DNA of 64,000 nt from Podarcis muralis. Taxonomy: Eukaryota. Below the pieces are notes generated by a model, which searched no databases, had not been told where the DNA came from, and saw nothing but the letters and a program-made list of their open reading frames with translations. The position numbers were made by a program, and so were the translations under genes. Positions within the stretch are counted from its first letter, which is position 1. Each line of letters opens with the position of its first letter. Location: assembly GCF_964188315.1 (NCBI RefSeq), contig NC_135667.1:25730001-25794000 (forward strand), read 5' to 3'. Shown piece by piece: positions 23,536 through 33,678 of this stretch.

Positions 23536-24754
23536 AAAGTGCAGCTGCCTCCTCTCCTAAAGTTTTCCTCCTTGCTTCCCCACAACTATTGAATAAATGG
23601 GACCTGGCAGAAATCAGCAAGAGGGAAAGCTGAAAATGATCAAATCTCAGTCAGACTTTGAAGGGGGCTTTGGTTCAGCTTGAGAAAGATATTTGAACTG
23701 CAGAAGGCCATTTCTGATGACCACTTTCCTGAATACATTTAAAGAAGAAAATAACCTTAATATATTTTCCCACTCAAGCAACAACTACATTATGAAGCAA
23801 TTCTTAAGTTTCTTGGAATGCTACATGTTCCCTGATGGGATTCAAACTTAAGACCTAATTAGTGCTGTTGGGCTCCAATGGGAAAATGTCTTTCTGCAGG
23901 AAATTAACAGTACTCTGCTTCATAGTTTCTTACTCTGACTTGGAAGAATATCAGGGTACATGATGGGACCTAACAGATGTTCAAATCTCAAAAAAGGCAA
24001 ATTGGGAATACTTGAGCAGTAAACTCATGCCACTGTTATTGAGGTTCTCATCCAATTTTTTAAGGGAAAAAATATATTCATAGAACTATACTTGTATTTG
24101 TTTCAAGTCTGGGTTGTAAATAATGCTGACACTAGTACTCCTATTAATGATGCAAGAATTTTAGATAGGTGAAATACTGTTTGTGGAAGGATATTTTGAT
24201 AAGACAAAGCATATTAACCCATCATATAAGTGTTCTGTCAAAAAAGGAAAAAAATCCAGTCGACCCACCCCCTGTTAGTTACCCGAAAGTGAAGAAGCTC
24301 CCCATAGTGTTACTTGCCTAATTCCAATTTTGTTTTCAACAATTATACTTTTGCATCAATAGGAAGGGGAGAGAAATTTAATTTTGTTTGTATTTAAATG
24401 AGAAGCTGCCTAATTAACACCTCTTGAACCAAAACACAAACCAATGCACAACTAGCCCTCAAAATTCACATGTATCTGAATATTGTGACATAGGTCTCAA
24501 AGCAAACAAAGTACACATATTAAACTGAGCATAAAACTGCATATATTAATACAAAATGCACTACATTTGCAAAATCACTTGCAAAAATGTGTACCATAGT
24601 GAAAACTGCATAGCAAATGAATTTATTAGGAGAAATTTGCACTAAATGTTAATGAAAAATTGTACATATGTTTTAGGAGAAATCACTGGGTTAAAGCTGA
24701 CCAAAAATCCAGAGGTAGCATAATTATCAATTTACGATGGGGGGGAAGGTTCAC

Positions 24755-25135
24755 AGGCTATGCAGGACTTGCTCACAAATTTATTGATAGCTGTATGAAT
24801 TATGATAGCTGGGAAGTAGCAAGCAGAATATAAAATTAAAGAATGGTATAAAGAAGTGTGTGATATAGCTATTAATGATAAATTAACATGTGCCATTAAG
24901 ATAAAATGGGGGAATATGCAGGAGAAATGATTTCGAGGAGATATGGGAAATGTTTGTAGAATATGTACTGTTAAAATGGAAAGGGGTCAAACCATTGCAA
25001 GAGGTGTTGAAATTTTTGGAGGTTGGATAGTTACAATGGAATGGTCTCGGTGGTGGAGTTCACATTTTTATTCCTATTTATTTATGATTGTTTCTTTGTC
25101 AAAATAAGAATACGAATAATAAGAAAACAAATACA
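24755..25135 (+). mobile_element. L1 LINE 3' fragment (ORF2 C-terminus and A-rich tail)
   Basis: Translates EWYKEVCDIAINDKLTCAIKIK and DFEEIWEMFVEYV, followed by a short UTR and an A-rich end. Confidence 0.65.
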
Positions 25136-25822
25136 AAAAGCTCTTTGAATAAAATTCTACATATGTACAATTCTATAAGAAAAATAAAATGCTAATAAAT
25201 TTTCATGGATTTATTAGAAATAATAAACAAAACAACAGAAAGTGATGTAGAAATGCAGAGACCTGAACTTAAGACAGGAAAAAAAAATGATAACCACATC
25301 TACAGATTTGTCCACCCCTGACCCCTGTCAATATGGTCAATGGTCAGTGATGATAGTAGTTGTAGTCCACAACATCTGGAGGCCACCATGTTGGCTACCC
25401 CTACACTAGATGAACATATGGAAAATGAAAGGACCTGGCATTATTATAACAGGAGATACAGAGGTTTTTCTATCCCTGTTTAGCAGCTACATTGTAGCCT
25501 GTTTTACAAGCTGGCTGCATCTGAGGGAAATGGCAGACATTAAAGCACACTCCATTAATTCAGCTGAAACCAACTGTTTGTCTCCTTTCCTTGGTTTCAA
25601 TTGACAATCATTCCACCTAGCTGCATCTGAAAGAGAGGAGAAATTTACCTTTAGCATATCAGTTAGATTTTCAAGGAGCCTTTATTTCCATTATGCACAA
25701 CACATTCAGCTTTCCTAGTTTCAAATGTTTTCAGTAGCTGTTAAGGTTGTGATAATAGCAGAAGCAATGACAGCAAGAGGCACAGAAATATTTCAATCCT
25801 CACTATGATCAAGGTATCTTTT

Positions 25823-26755
25823 TCATGAATCCACTTTCTTTCCCACAAGTCTTCTCAAGGCCCCTATAACTTCCTGATTTCTGAGAGTGTAGATTAATGG
25901 GTTTAACATGGGAGTCACACTTCCATAGAAGAGAGAAATTATCTTGTCTACATCTTTTGTGGTCTTAGTTTGGGGGCGGAGATATGAGAACATGAAGGTG
26001 CCATAGAATATGGATACTACAGTCAAGTGGGAAGCACATGTGGAGAAAGCCTTCATCCTGCCCCCTGCTGAGTGGATTCTTATAATTGCCACAATTATGC
26101 GCAAATACGAGAAAAGGATAAAGCTAAAGGGACCAAGCAAAGTGACACTCCCAGTGAAGAACATAACCAGCTGGCTCAAGGAAGTATCTGAGCAAACCAG
26201 CTTCATAACTGCTTTGACTTCACATGTCAAATGATTCACCAAATTTTTCCCACAAAAGCGAGCTGGAATGGCATAAATGGGAATAGCCCCTAAAAATAAG
26301 CCAATTGACCAGGTCCCAGCTGCTAACTGAATGCACAGTCTCTTGTTCATGATTAGCATGTAATGCAGTGGGCTGGAAATGGCTATAAGTCTGTCATAAG
26401 CCATGACAGCCAACAGGAAGCATTCGGTCACTGCTAAATAGGAACCACTACTCATTTGGAAGTAACACATGGCAAAGGACATGGTGGGTTTGTCCACCAG
26501 AAGATTTGCAATGGCTTGTGGGATTGAAGAAGATGCATAGCAAATGTCAAGGAAGGACAGGTTACTGAGGAAAAAATACATGGGATTGTGAAGCCGAGGA
26601 TCAGTTGTGGTCACCAAGATTATAATAAAATTTCCCACTACAGTGATAGCATATACAACAATCAGGAAAACAATGAGTCCCATCCTTGTCTTTGGTCGTC
26701 CAGAAAAGCCAATGAGGATAAACTCAGTCAATTCAGTCTCATTTTCTTCTCTCAT
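25823..26755 (-). CDS. Olfactory receptor, OR13H1-like (310 aa)
   Basis: Intact OR motifs. ATG at 26755 (the ORF track uses TTG 26767). Acceptor TGCAG lies 19 nt upstream of the ATG. Confidence 0.96.
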   Translation of the reverse strand: MREENETELTEFILIGFSGRPKTRMGLIVFLIVVYAITVVGNFIIILVTTTDPRLHNPMYFFLSNLSFLDICYASSSIPQAIANLLVDKPTMSFAMCYFQMSSGSYLAVTECFLLAVMAYDRLIAISSPLHYMLIMNKRLCIQLAAGTWSIGLFLGAIPIYAIPARFCGKNLVNHLTCEVKAVMKLVCSDTSLSQLVMFFTGSVTLLGPFSFILFSYLRIIVAIIRIHSAGGRMKAFSTCASHLTVVSIFYGTFMFSYLRPQTKTTKDVDKIISLFYGSVTPMLNPLIYTLRNQEVIGALRRLVGKKVDS

Positions 26756-27989
26756 ATCCAGATTCAAATATTATCTGCAATGACATACAAAAAAAGAAAG
26801 AAAGAGAAAGGGACCTCATTTTGTAATATTTGCATGGTACTTTGCTAGAAGGTTAAGGAAAGTATGGTACTATAATAGTGAGAACAGATTACTGATAAGT
26901 TTCTATTGGTTCATTATCAGCTATCAGCAAATCTAAGGAAATGGTGTTGCACACTTGCTTTGGAGAAATTCAAACCCTTTAATGTTTTCTGTGTTGAAGA
27001 TTCCTGCACTGAGCATAGGGTGGGGTGAGCCTAAAGGATCCCTTTTGGCAAGAAATAGATGAGGAAAAATGAAATCATAATAACTTCCACTATGATCAAT
27101 TACAAAAATAAAACTCAGAAACTTTGACTCTCTCTAATAGAGCAACTTCACTATTACACAGAATTTAAGAATTTTGTGTCCTACATTTAAATAACTGTGA
27201 AACAAACATATGCTCATTTTCATGGATAAACCATTTAGAGAAGCAAGGGTGACATTTTCTCCTTTCTGAATTTCAAAATAAATGCAGTTGTTTCTTGAAA
27301 GCTCCTGTATTCTTGGCCATCCTTCGGATTCGGCACACTGAGAAAAATACAGGGTTGCAAAAGATAAAGCTGAGTAGAAGAAGTTGTAGTGCTTCTTCTC
27401 TCCCCCCCCCCCCACATTATGCATTCTTCTAACCAATACAAATGAACCAGATCAGATTGGAGGAACAGTCAGAGTTCCAGATCAAAATTCTCCAAATATT
27501 TCTTTAACTGCAATCATTTGTTAAGATGGGGTAATGACAATAAAACTAACATGGCAAAGTATAAAAACATCTAATACCTTTAAGTGCTTTGGTCTTTCCA
27601 AACTTCCTGAATGTCCTTTGTCAGCATTAGGTATTAAACTGAGATGCAGGACTCTTCAAACTGTACTAGAATTCTAATAAGCCTTCAGTGTATTGGATGA
27701 GAAAGACTGAAATCATTCCAATAAAAAGCAAGTTGTCAGTTCACTATTCAAAAAAATAAAAATATGGAATATGAAGAAGGATTCATGTTACATGAATCTC
27801 TGAAAGATAACGCACTAAAACAGCACAGGATAGCATCTTTATGTATGCAACGCTCTAGATATAGTAGAAACATTTCAGGAGGCATAGATTGCTATTTTGT
27901 TCCCATGAAAACTTGGAACTGAAAGATAAGTCTAAGTGTTTTAGTTAGCTCAATTAGATGGGCAATATTTTAAAACCACTTTCTCCATA

Positions 27990-28032
27990 ATTCCCAGTGG
28001 TGGCATAATCCCGGGAGCATCAGTGATTCAGC
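27990..28032 (-). promoter_or_regulatory. Putative OR promoter motif for OR 26755
   Basis: Minus strand GCTGAATCACTGATGCTCCCGGGATTATGCCACCACTGGGAAT. The conserved donor block lies at 27571-27643 (GT at 27577-27576). Confidence 0.6.
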
Positions 28033-28109
28033 ACTCCTAGGGATGCTGCATAATAAGAAAAGCATAACATAGAGCATAATATACACATCATCATAATAAA
28101 ATAATCATG

Positions 28110-30560
28110 CTAACAGCCCCCATTTAACGGGCCATAGATTATTTAAAGAATGGGTGTTAAGAGAATGCTTTTGCCTGGTGCCTAAAGACATGCAATAATG
28201 GCTCCATGTGAACCTCTCCGAGGGAACATTTCACAGATGGGGAGCCACCACAGAAAAGGCCCATTCTTGTGTTGTCATCCTCAGAACCTCTCAAGGAGCG
28301 GGGACATAGAGAAGAGGCTCAGATGACACTTCCGGGTTAGCGCCATCGTCGAATGGCGGATTCCCTCCGAGCTCCGGAGGGAATCTGCTCAGCAGGGGTC
28401 GGGTCCTGCCGCGCCGGCGACGCGGGGACCCTTAAGAACCACAGGCGCGGAAGCCTGTGGACGTGGTGACTCGGTGGGCACCATTTGCGCCCTTCCCGAC
28501 CCGCGAAGGAGCCTTTTTAAAGGCTTCGGAACGGGGGACGGGGAGCGGCGTGGTGCTGAGAGTCCTCTGCTTCCCCTGCTGAGTGAAGCCGCATGCCATG
28601 GACGGAGAGCGCTGACTTTTTCTTCTGAATATTTGGACTAAAGCAACAACCCGTGAGTAATACGGAAATTGGACCTAAAAGGGAAATTTTTCTTTTTCTT
28701 GGATTCGGCACGAACGGGGGAGGTGCAAAGAGGAAGTCCGTCTCCCCCCATTGTAAACAATTTAAAGCAAGGACTAGACAACTAAGGTCGAGAGAAGAGC
28801 CTTTTCTTTATTTGATAAAGTTATTAATTTCACGATTGGAAACTACAAGTAATTTTGCTGGAGGATAAGAGTTGATCTTGAGCGTTTAAGTGCAACCCCC
28901 CCGGGAACTGGGAGTGATCCATAAGAGAGCCTGGTGAAGAGATACAGAGATTTTGACAGCTGTCAAAGTAGCTGTGAAAGTTGGGGAATAAAAAGAGAAC
29001 TTTGTTTCTGTGACTTTGCTGGTTAGATTTGTTACAATTTGGATATAAATTGTTGAAAATAAGGAAGATCAAGATATTTTGACTTTGGGGCTGGAACTGG
29101 AAGGATACTAAGTAACCATAACCCCTCTAGAGGGGGTTTTGGGACATTACAAGAATGGCTGTAAGTGGAAAAATACTCACTGAGCTGAACAGGACTTTTT
29201 ATCTCCTGGGAAAGCTTCAACAGCAGAGCAATATTTTGACTACAGGGGTTTCTACACTGAAGGAGACAATAGACATATCTATTGAAAATGGAAAGGACTT
29301 GACTCAAGTCTTTGTTTTTAAACCAAAAGCCCCTGTAGTGGAACTAGAAGTTTTTGCAGCTGAGCAGGAAAAGAAACCTGAGAAATGGGAGGAAAGGGAA
29401 CAAGGGATATATGAGGATTTGGTTTTATAAAATGAATTAAATTGAACAATGGGTTAAACACAATAAGGTCAAAAATTTGGGACAAGAACTTGTTGAACTA
29501 AACAAATGGAAATGGAATACAAGAAGGGGAGGTGTGGGGAAGTCCTGAAAAGATGTTATTGAAAGTAAGGATTAAATGTAAATCTTTGCTTTTTTTGCTC
29601 CCCCCCTCTTTTTTCTTTTTTTTTCTTTTTTTGGATTCTTTGGAAAATTTAATAAATATGATATTTTTAAAAAAAGAGAAGAGCCTCAGATGACAAGCAC
29701 AGGATCTGGGTCAGTTTGTATGGGGAGAAGAGGTCTTGAAGATATTGAAGTCCTGAGCCATGTAAGATATAGTACAGCATTGCACTCTTAACTGGGCCCA
29801 GAAACTAGTTGGCAGCCAGTGCAATTTGGCTTAAAGCTTAAACCATCTTGTTCTAATGAGCAACCATTTGGCCATAAAATTTTGCACCAGCTGAAGTTTC
29901 TGAACTGAATTCAGAGGCAGACCCATTTATAACGCATTATAGTAATCCAACCTAGAGGTTTACAGAGCACAAAGCACAAATGTTAGGCTGTCCTTGTCCA
30001 TCGAGCTAAAGCTGATAGAAGGACCTCGATACCACCAAAGCCTCAGATGATAGTAAAGGATCCAGGAGCAAACCCAAGCCATGTACCTGTTACTTAAGAG
30101 GAAATGTAACCATCTCAAGAGCAGGCAATCTCCCATCCATCTTGTCTAGAGAACCACCCACTAACAGTGTCTCGGTCTTATCTGGATTGAGTTTCACTTT
30201 ATTGGTTCTCTTCCAGACACCTGTCCAGCCTATCCACTGCCACACCTGTAGATGTAAAGGAAAAATAGAGCTGTGTGTCATCAACACACTCCAAAACTCC
30301 GGATGACTCCACCCAGCAGCTTCATATACTGTAGATATTAAGCAACATGGGCGATGAAAATGAACCCTGAGGAACCCAACATTGAAGGCTCCTTGGTTAA
30401 AAAATAAAAAATAAAAATCACCTGCTGAAGATGACCATCCAAATAGGAACAGAACCATTGAAAAGCATGGTCACCCACCCCCAATTTGGATAGCCTCTCA
30501 AAGGGAATACAGTAGTTGATGGTACTGAAAGCCACTGATAATTCAAGAAGGATTAACAGG
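28110..30560 (-). mobile_element. Decayed L2 LINE ORF2 fragment, interrupted by the insertion at 28328-29674
   Basis: Minus-strand KVKLNPDKTETLL (L2 RT C-terminal LKLNPDKTE motif). The sequence resumes colinearly after the insert. Confidence 0.75.
28328..29674 (+). mobile_element. Non-autonomous L1-like retroelement (~1.35 kb)
   Basis: 20-bp TSD with one mismatch (28308-28327, 29675-29694), CpG-rich 5' leader, 91-aa ORF (29155-29430), AATAAA at 29651-29656 and an A-rich tail. Confidence 0.8.
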
Positions 30561-30790
30561 GATACATTGCACCTGTCTCCCGACAGAGGTCAACCAGGGA
30601 TGTTTCTGTGTCAAAGCCAGGCCACATCCTAGTTGAAATGGATCTAGAAAATGGGTCTCCTCCAAGAGCGCCTGGATCTTAATCATGATAGAATCATAGT
30701 ATAAAGAAGGGCATGTTATAAGTTAGTGTGACTTGGAAGTTCAAAAAGAAAGGGAAGAAATTCAGGTCACAACAGGTGTTTAGTCTAAGG

Positions 30791-30927
30791 CAGCCTTTCT
30801 CAACCTGTGGGTCCCCAGGTGTTGTTGGACTACAACTCCCATCACCCCTAGCTAGCAAGGCCAGAGCTCAGGGATGATGGGAGTTGTAGTCCAAAACATC
30901 TGGGGACCCACAGGTTGAGAACCGCTG
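30791..30927. mobile_element. hAT MITE, palindromic, 137 bp
   Basis: TIRs CAG...TCTCAACCTGTGGGTCCCCA / TGGGGACCCACAGGTTGAGA...CTG with a perfect 8-bp TSD GTCTAAGG. Older relatives are at ~25300-25405, ~33765-33870 and ~45848-45973. Confidence 0.9.
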
Positions 30928-32727
30928 GTCTAAGGGCTAATCCACACTTACCTTTCCTGTTCATCCACCCCCCCATCCAGCATTCTGCCCACAACTGAAG
31001 GAGATTATGATATTGTGAATGAGGTGTTTCCCATTTCTTACCTGAATTTCAAAACTCCAAGGAAGGATATTAAGCTTAGACAAATTATGGTGGAGGCAAG
31101 TGGGAGAGAGAGTGGGAGAAAGGAGCATGTAAAGGGGACAACATTAACTAGGAGGATAATCACAGGTTTCTATGCAAAGCAGTGTGTGTGTACAAGTGAG
31201 CGGTGGGACCATGCCTCTGTCAGAGGATACACAATTGACATTTAATGGGATGCTCCATGTCCTTGTCTTCCTGGCTCTTACAATGAAATAATTGCATTGT
31301 TGTTTTCTGTTTCTATTACAAAGGGAAAAGGGGGAGAGGGAGGATTCCCCAGCCTAATTCTCCTGCGTGACAACCAAAACATCCTAGTAGAGGTCACTAA
31401 GGGACATAGTGACCTGTGATACCTTTATATATATATAAAAGGGGAAATATTACAAATTGGGTGGGTGAAGAGATGGCATGTCTTCCAGAAGAGATCAAAA
31501 CCTACACAGGGCATTCCTGCATATAATGCAGTGCTGAATGGAAAACATAATTGTGAGTATAGAAACTAGAAGGACCTGAGAGCATGAGAAAGCTGAGCCT
31601 AGCGTAAATGGATATTTAGTTTGCTTCAGTATGGAGTTCTGCTGCTCAGTGTTCCAGCCAGCCCATGAGCTAGGCTCTCTTGTAGAATTTGAATCTGCCC
31701 CATTTTCATCCCACACAACAGAGAGTCATCATTGCCATCATTGAACATCTTTTTCTGTCATTGGGGTGCTTCCTGTTTTCCTTTTTGCTGGTTTCTTTAT
31801 TTTTTACCTTTTTTCTATTACGACAAATCTGCCCCTCAGCATGCTGCTGCACCCCCCCCCTCAGGTAACAATCCTTATGCAGTCAAAATATCACCACCAC
31901 AAGAGAGATACCACCAGGCTTGGGGGCACTCCAAAATTTGCAGAAATACAAAAGTCTTGGGAGGGGGAATCACACCCAAATGAATTCACTATTAGTGTAT
32001 ATTATGTCGATATGTAAAGTAGCTGTGCTTGTGTGTATCTAAAAGCATGAGACATGTGGAAAAGGAAGCAGATAGACTTTCCTAAGATGGAGAGGACAAC
32101 ACTTGTTTCATTCCTGAAGATCAGACTGATGGACCATAGGAGTAAGGATTCCCTAGATATCTATATGTGTATATAGTTTTAGTTCCATTAATGTTCAATT
32201 GTTTTTTTTCTAATTATTGCTTTTATTATGTTTTTAGTAATTGTTGATTTTATCTTTAAGCTGCCTTGAGTTGGGTCAGTGGAAAAGGCGGGGTATAAAT
32301 AAACATATAATATTTTTAATAATTATACTAATAACTGACTTGTTATTCATGTTGGCTGGGCCAATCCCAAGCAGAAGGCATTTCCATGTATGCAAATAGA
32401 GGCAGGTACCTCTGATTTCTGTCTTTTCTCCCCTCATTTCTCCCACATTAAATGCTTTTTTGGAGGGTAACTCCAACTCTAAGGATAAAATTTTCAGAGG
32501 CTTCAACTGCAACATATTGGTAGTAAAGCCTCATTCTATCCGTTGATTTCCATCTGCGGTTTTTGGGAAGATAAAGAACTGGCCACAATCCACCAGCCAC
32601 CTAAACATGCCTATTGGTTTCAATTAATTTAGGTGTACTTAACTCTGTTCCAGTGTTCCCACACTGACAACAGACCTGGTGGCAGCTATTATTTATGTTC
32701 CTGCTGTTTCCTCTAGATTAACTCCAC

Positions 32728-33678
32728 ATGGCATACCTAACCAGATGGAATGGGACCTCAGTCACTGAATTTTTGCTACTCGGATTCTCAGATACCCCTG
32801 AAATGCAGCCCTTCCTGTTTGCTTTGTTTTTGATCTTCTACATGGTTACACTTCCTACCAATTTCTTACTTTTGATCACTGTATCAACAGATCGTAGCTT
32901 ACACACACCCATGTATTTCTTCCTGGGTAACCTTTCCTTCCTTGAGATCATCTATACATCCAACATTGTTCCCAGGATGCTAACCAGTTTGATCTCTGAG
33001 GAGAAGACCATTTCTTTTATGGACTGCATGATTCAGTTTTATTTCTTTGGATCACTGGGTGGCACTGAATGCCTTCTCCTATCAGTGATGTCTTATGACC
33101 GTTATATCGCCATATGCAACCCTCTCCACTACACAACTGTTATGAACAGCAACATGTGTGTTTGGCTGGCTGCTAGCTCTTGGATCAGTGGCTTTCTGAT
33201 AACCTTAATTACAGTGTTGCTGATGATAAGCTTGACCTTCTGTGGGCCCAATGAAATCGATCATTTCTTTTGTGATTTTTCTCCACTGCTGAAGCTTGCT
33301 TGTTCTGACACGTACCTGTTTGAAAAGACTTCTTTCATTCTTTCTTCCAGTCTAACATTGATCCCATTCCTACTTACGGTTGTGTCTTACACCTATATAT
33401 TGTCAGCTGTTATCAAACAAGCTTCTGGCACCAGGTCTAAAAAGGCCATTTCCACCTGCTCCACTCACCTCATAGTAGTTACAACTTTCTATGGGACGCT
33501 GATTACAATGTATGTGGTTCCTGCTGCTAAACACTCTGTAGACACAAGCAAGATCTTCTCAATCTTCTATACTATTGTGACTCCAATGATTAATCCCCTC
33601 ATCTATAGCTTGAGGAACAAGAAGGTACGTGAAGCCTTGAAAAGGCTTGTAGATGCAAAACTTGTATTCTGGAAGTAG
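32728..33678 (+). CDS. Olfactory receptor, class II, OR11/OR6-like (316 aa)
   Basis: NGT site, LHTPMYFFLGNLSFLE, MSYDRYIAICNPLHY, FFCDFSPLLKLAC and PMINPLIYSLRN. Acceptor CTCTAG ends at 32716. Confidence 0.96.
   Translation: MAYLTRWNGTSVTEFLLLGFSDTPEMQPFLFALFLIFYMVTLPTNFLLLITVSTDRSLHTPMYFFLGNLSFLEIIYTSNIVPRMLTSLISEEKTISFMDCMIQFYFFGSLGGTECLLLSVMSYDRYIAICNPLHYTTVMNSNMCVWLAASSWISGFLITLITVLLMISLTFCGPNEIDHFFCDFSPLLKLACSDTYLFEKTSFILSSSLTLIPFLLTVVSYTYILSAVIKQASGTRSKKAISTCSTHLIVVTTFYGTLITMYVVPAAKHSVDTSKIFSIFYTIVTPMINPLIYSLRNKKVREALKRLVDAKLVFWK

Noticed and set aside
24540-24700. Recurrent AT-rich block (also ~35050-35380, ~50770-51020, ~54780-55010, ~56620-56880, ~60680-60900)
   Set aside because: It looks like an old abundant interspersed repeat, partly multiplied by the segmental duplication. 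I cannot classify it or support a function.
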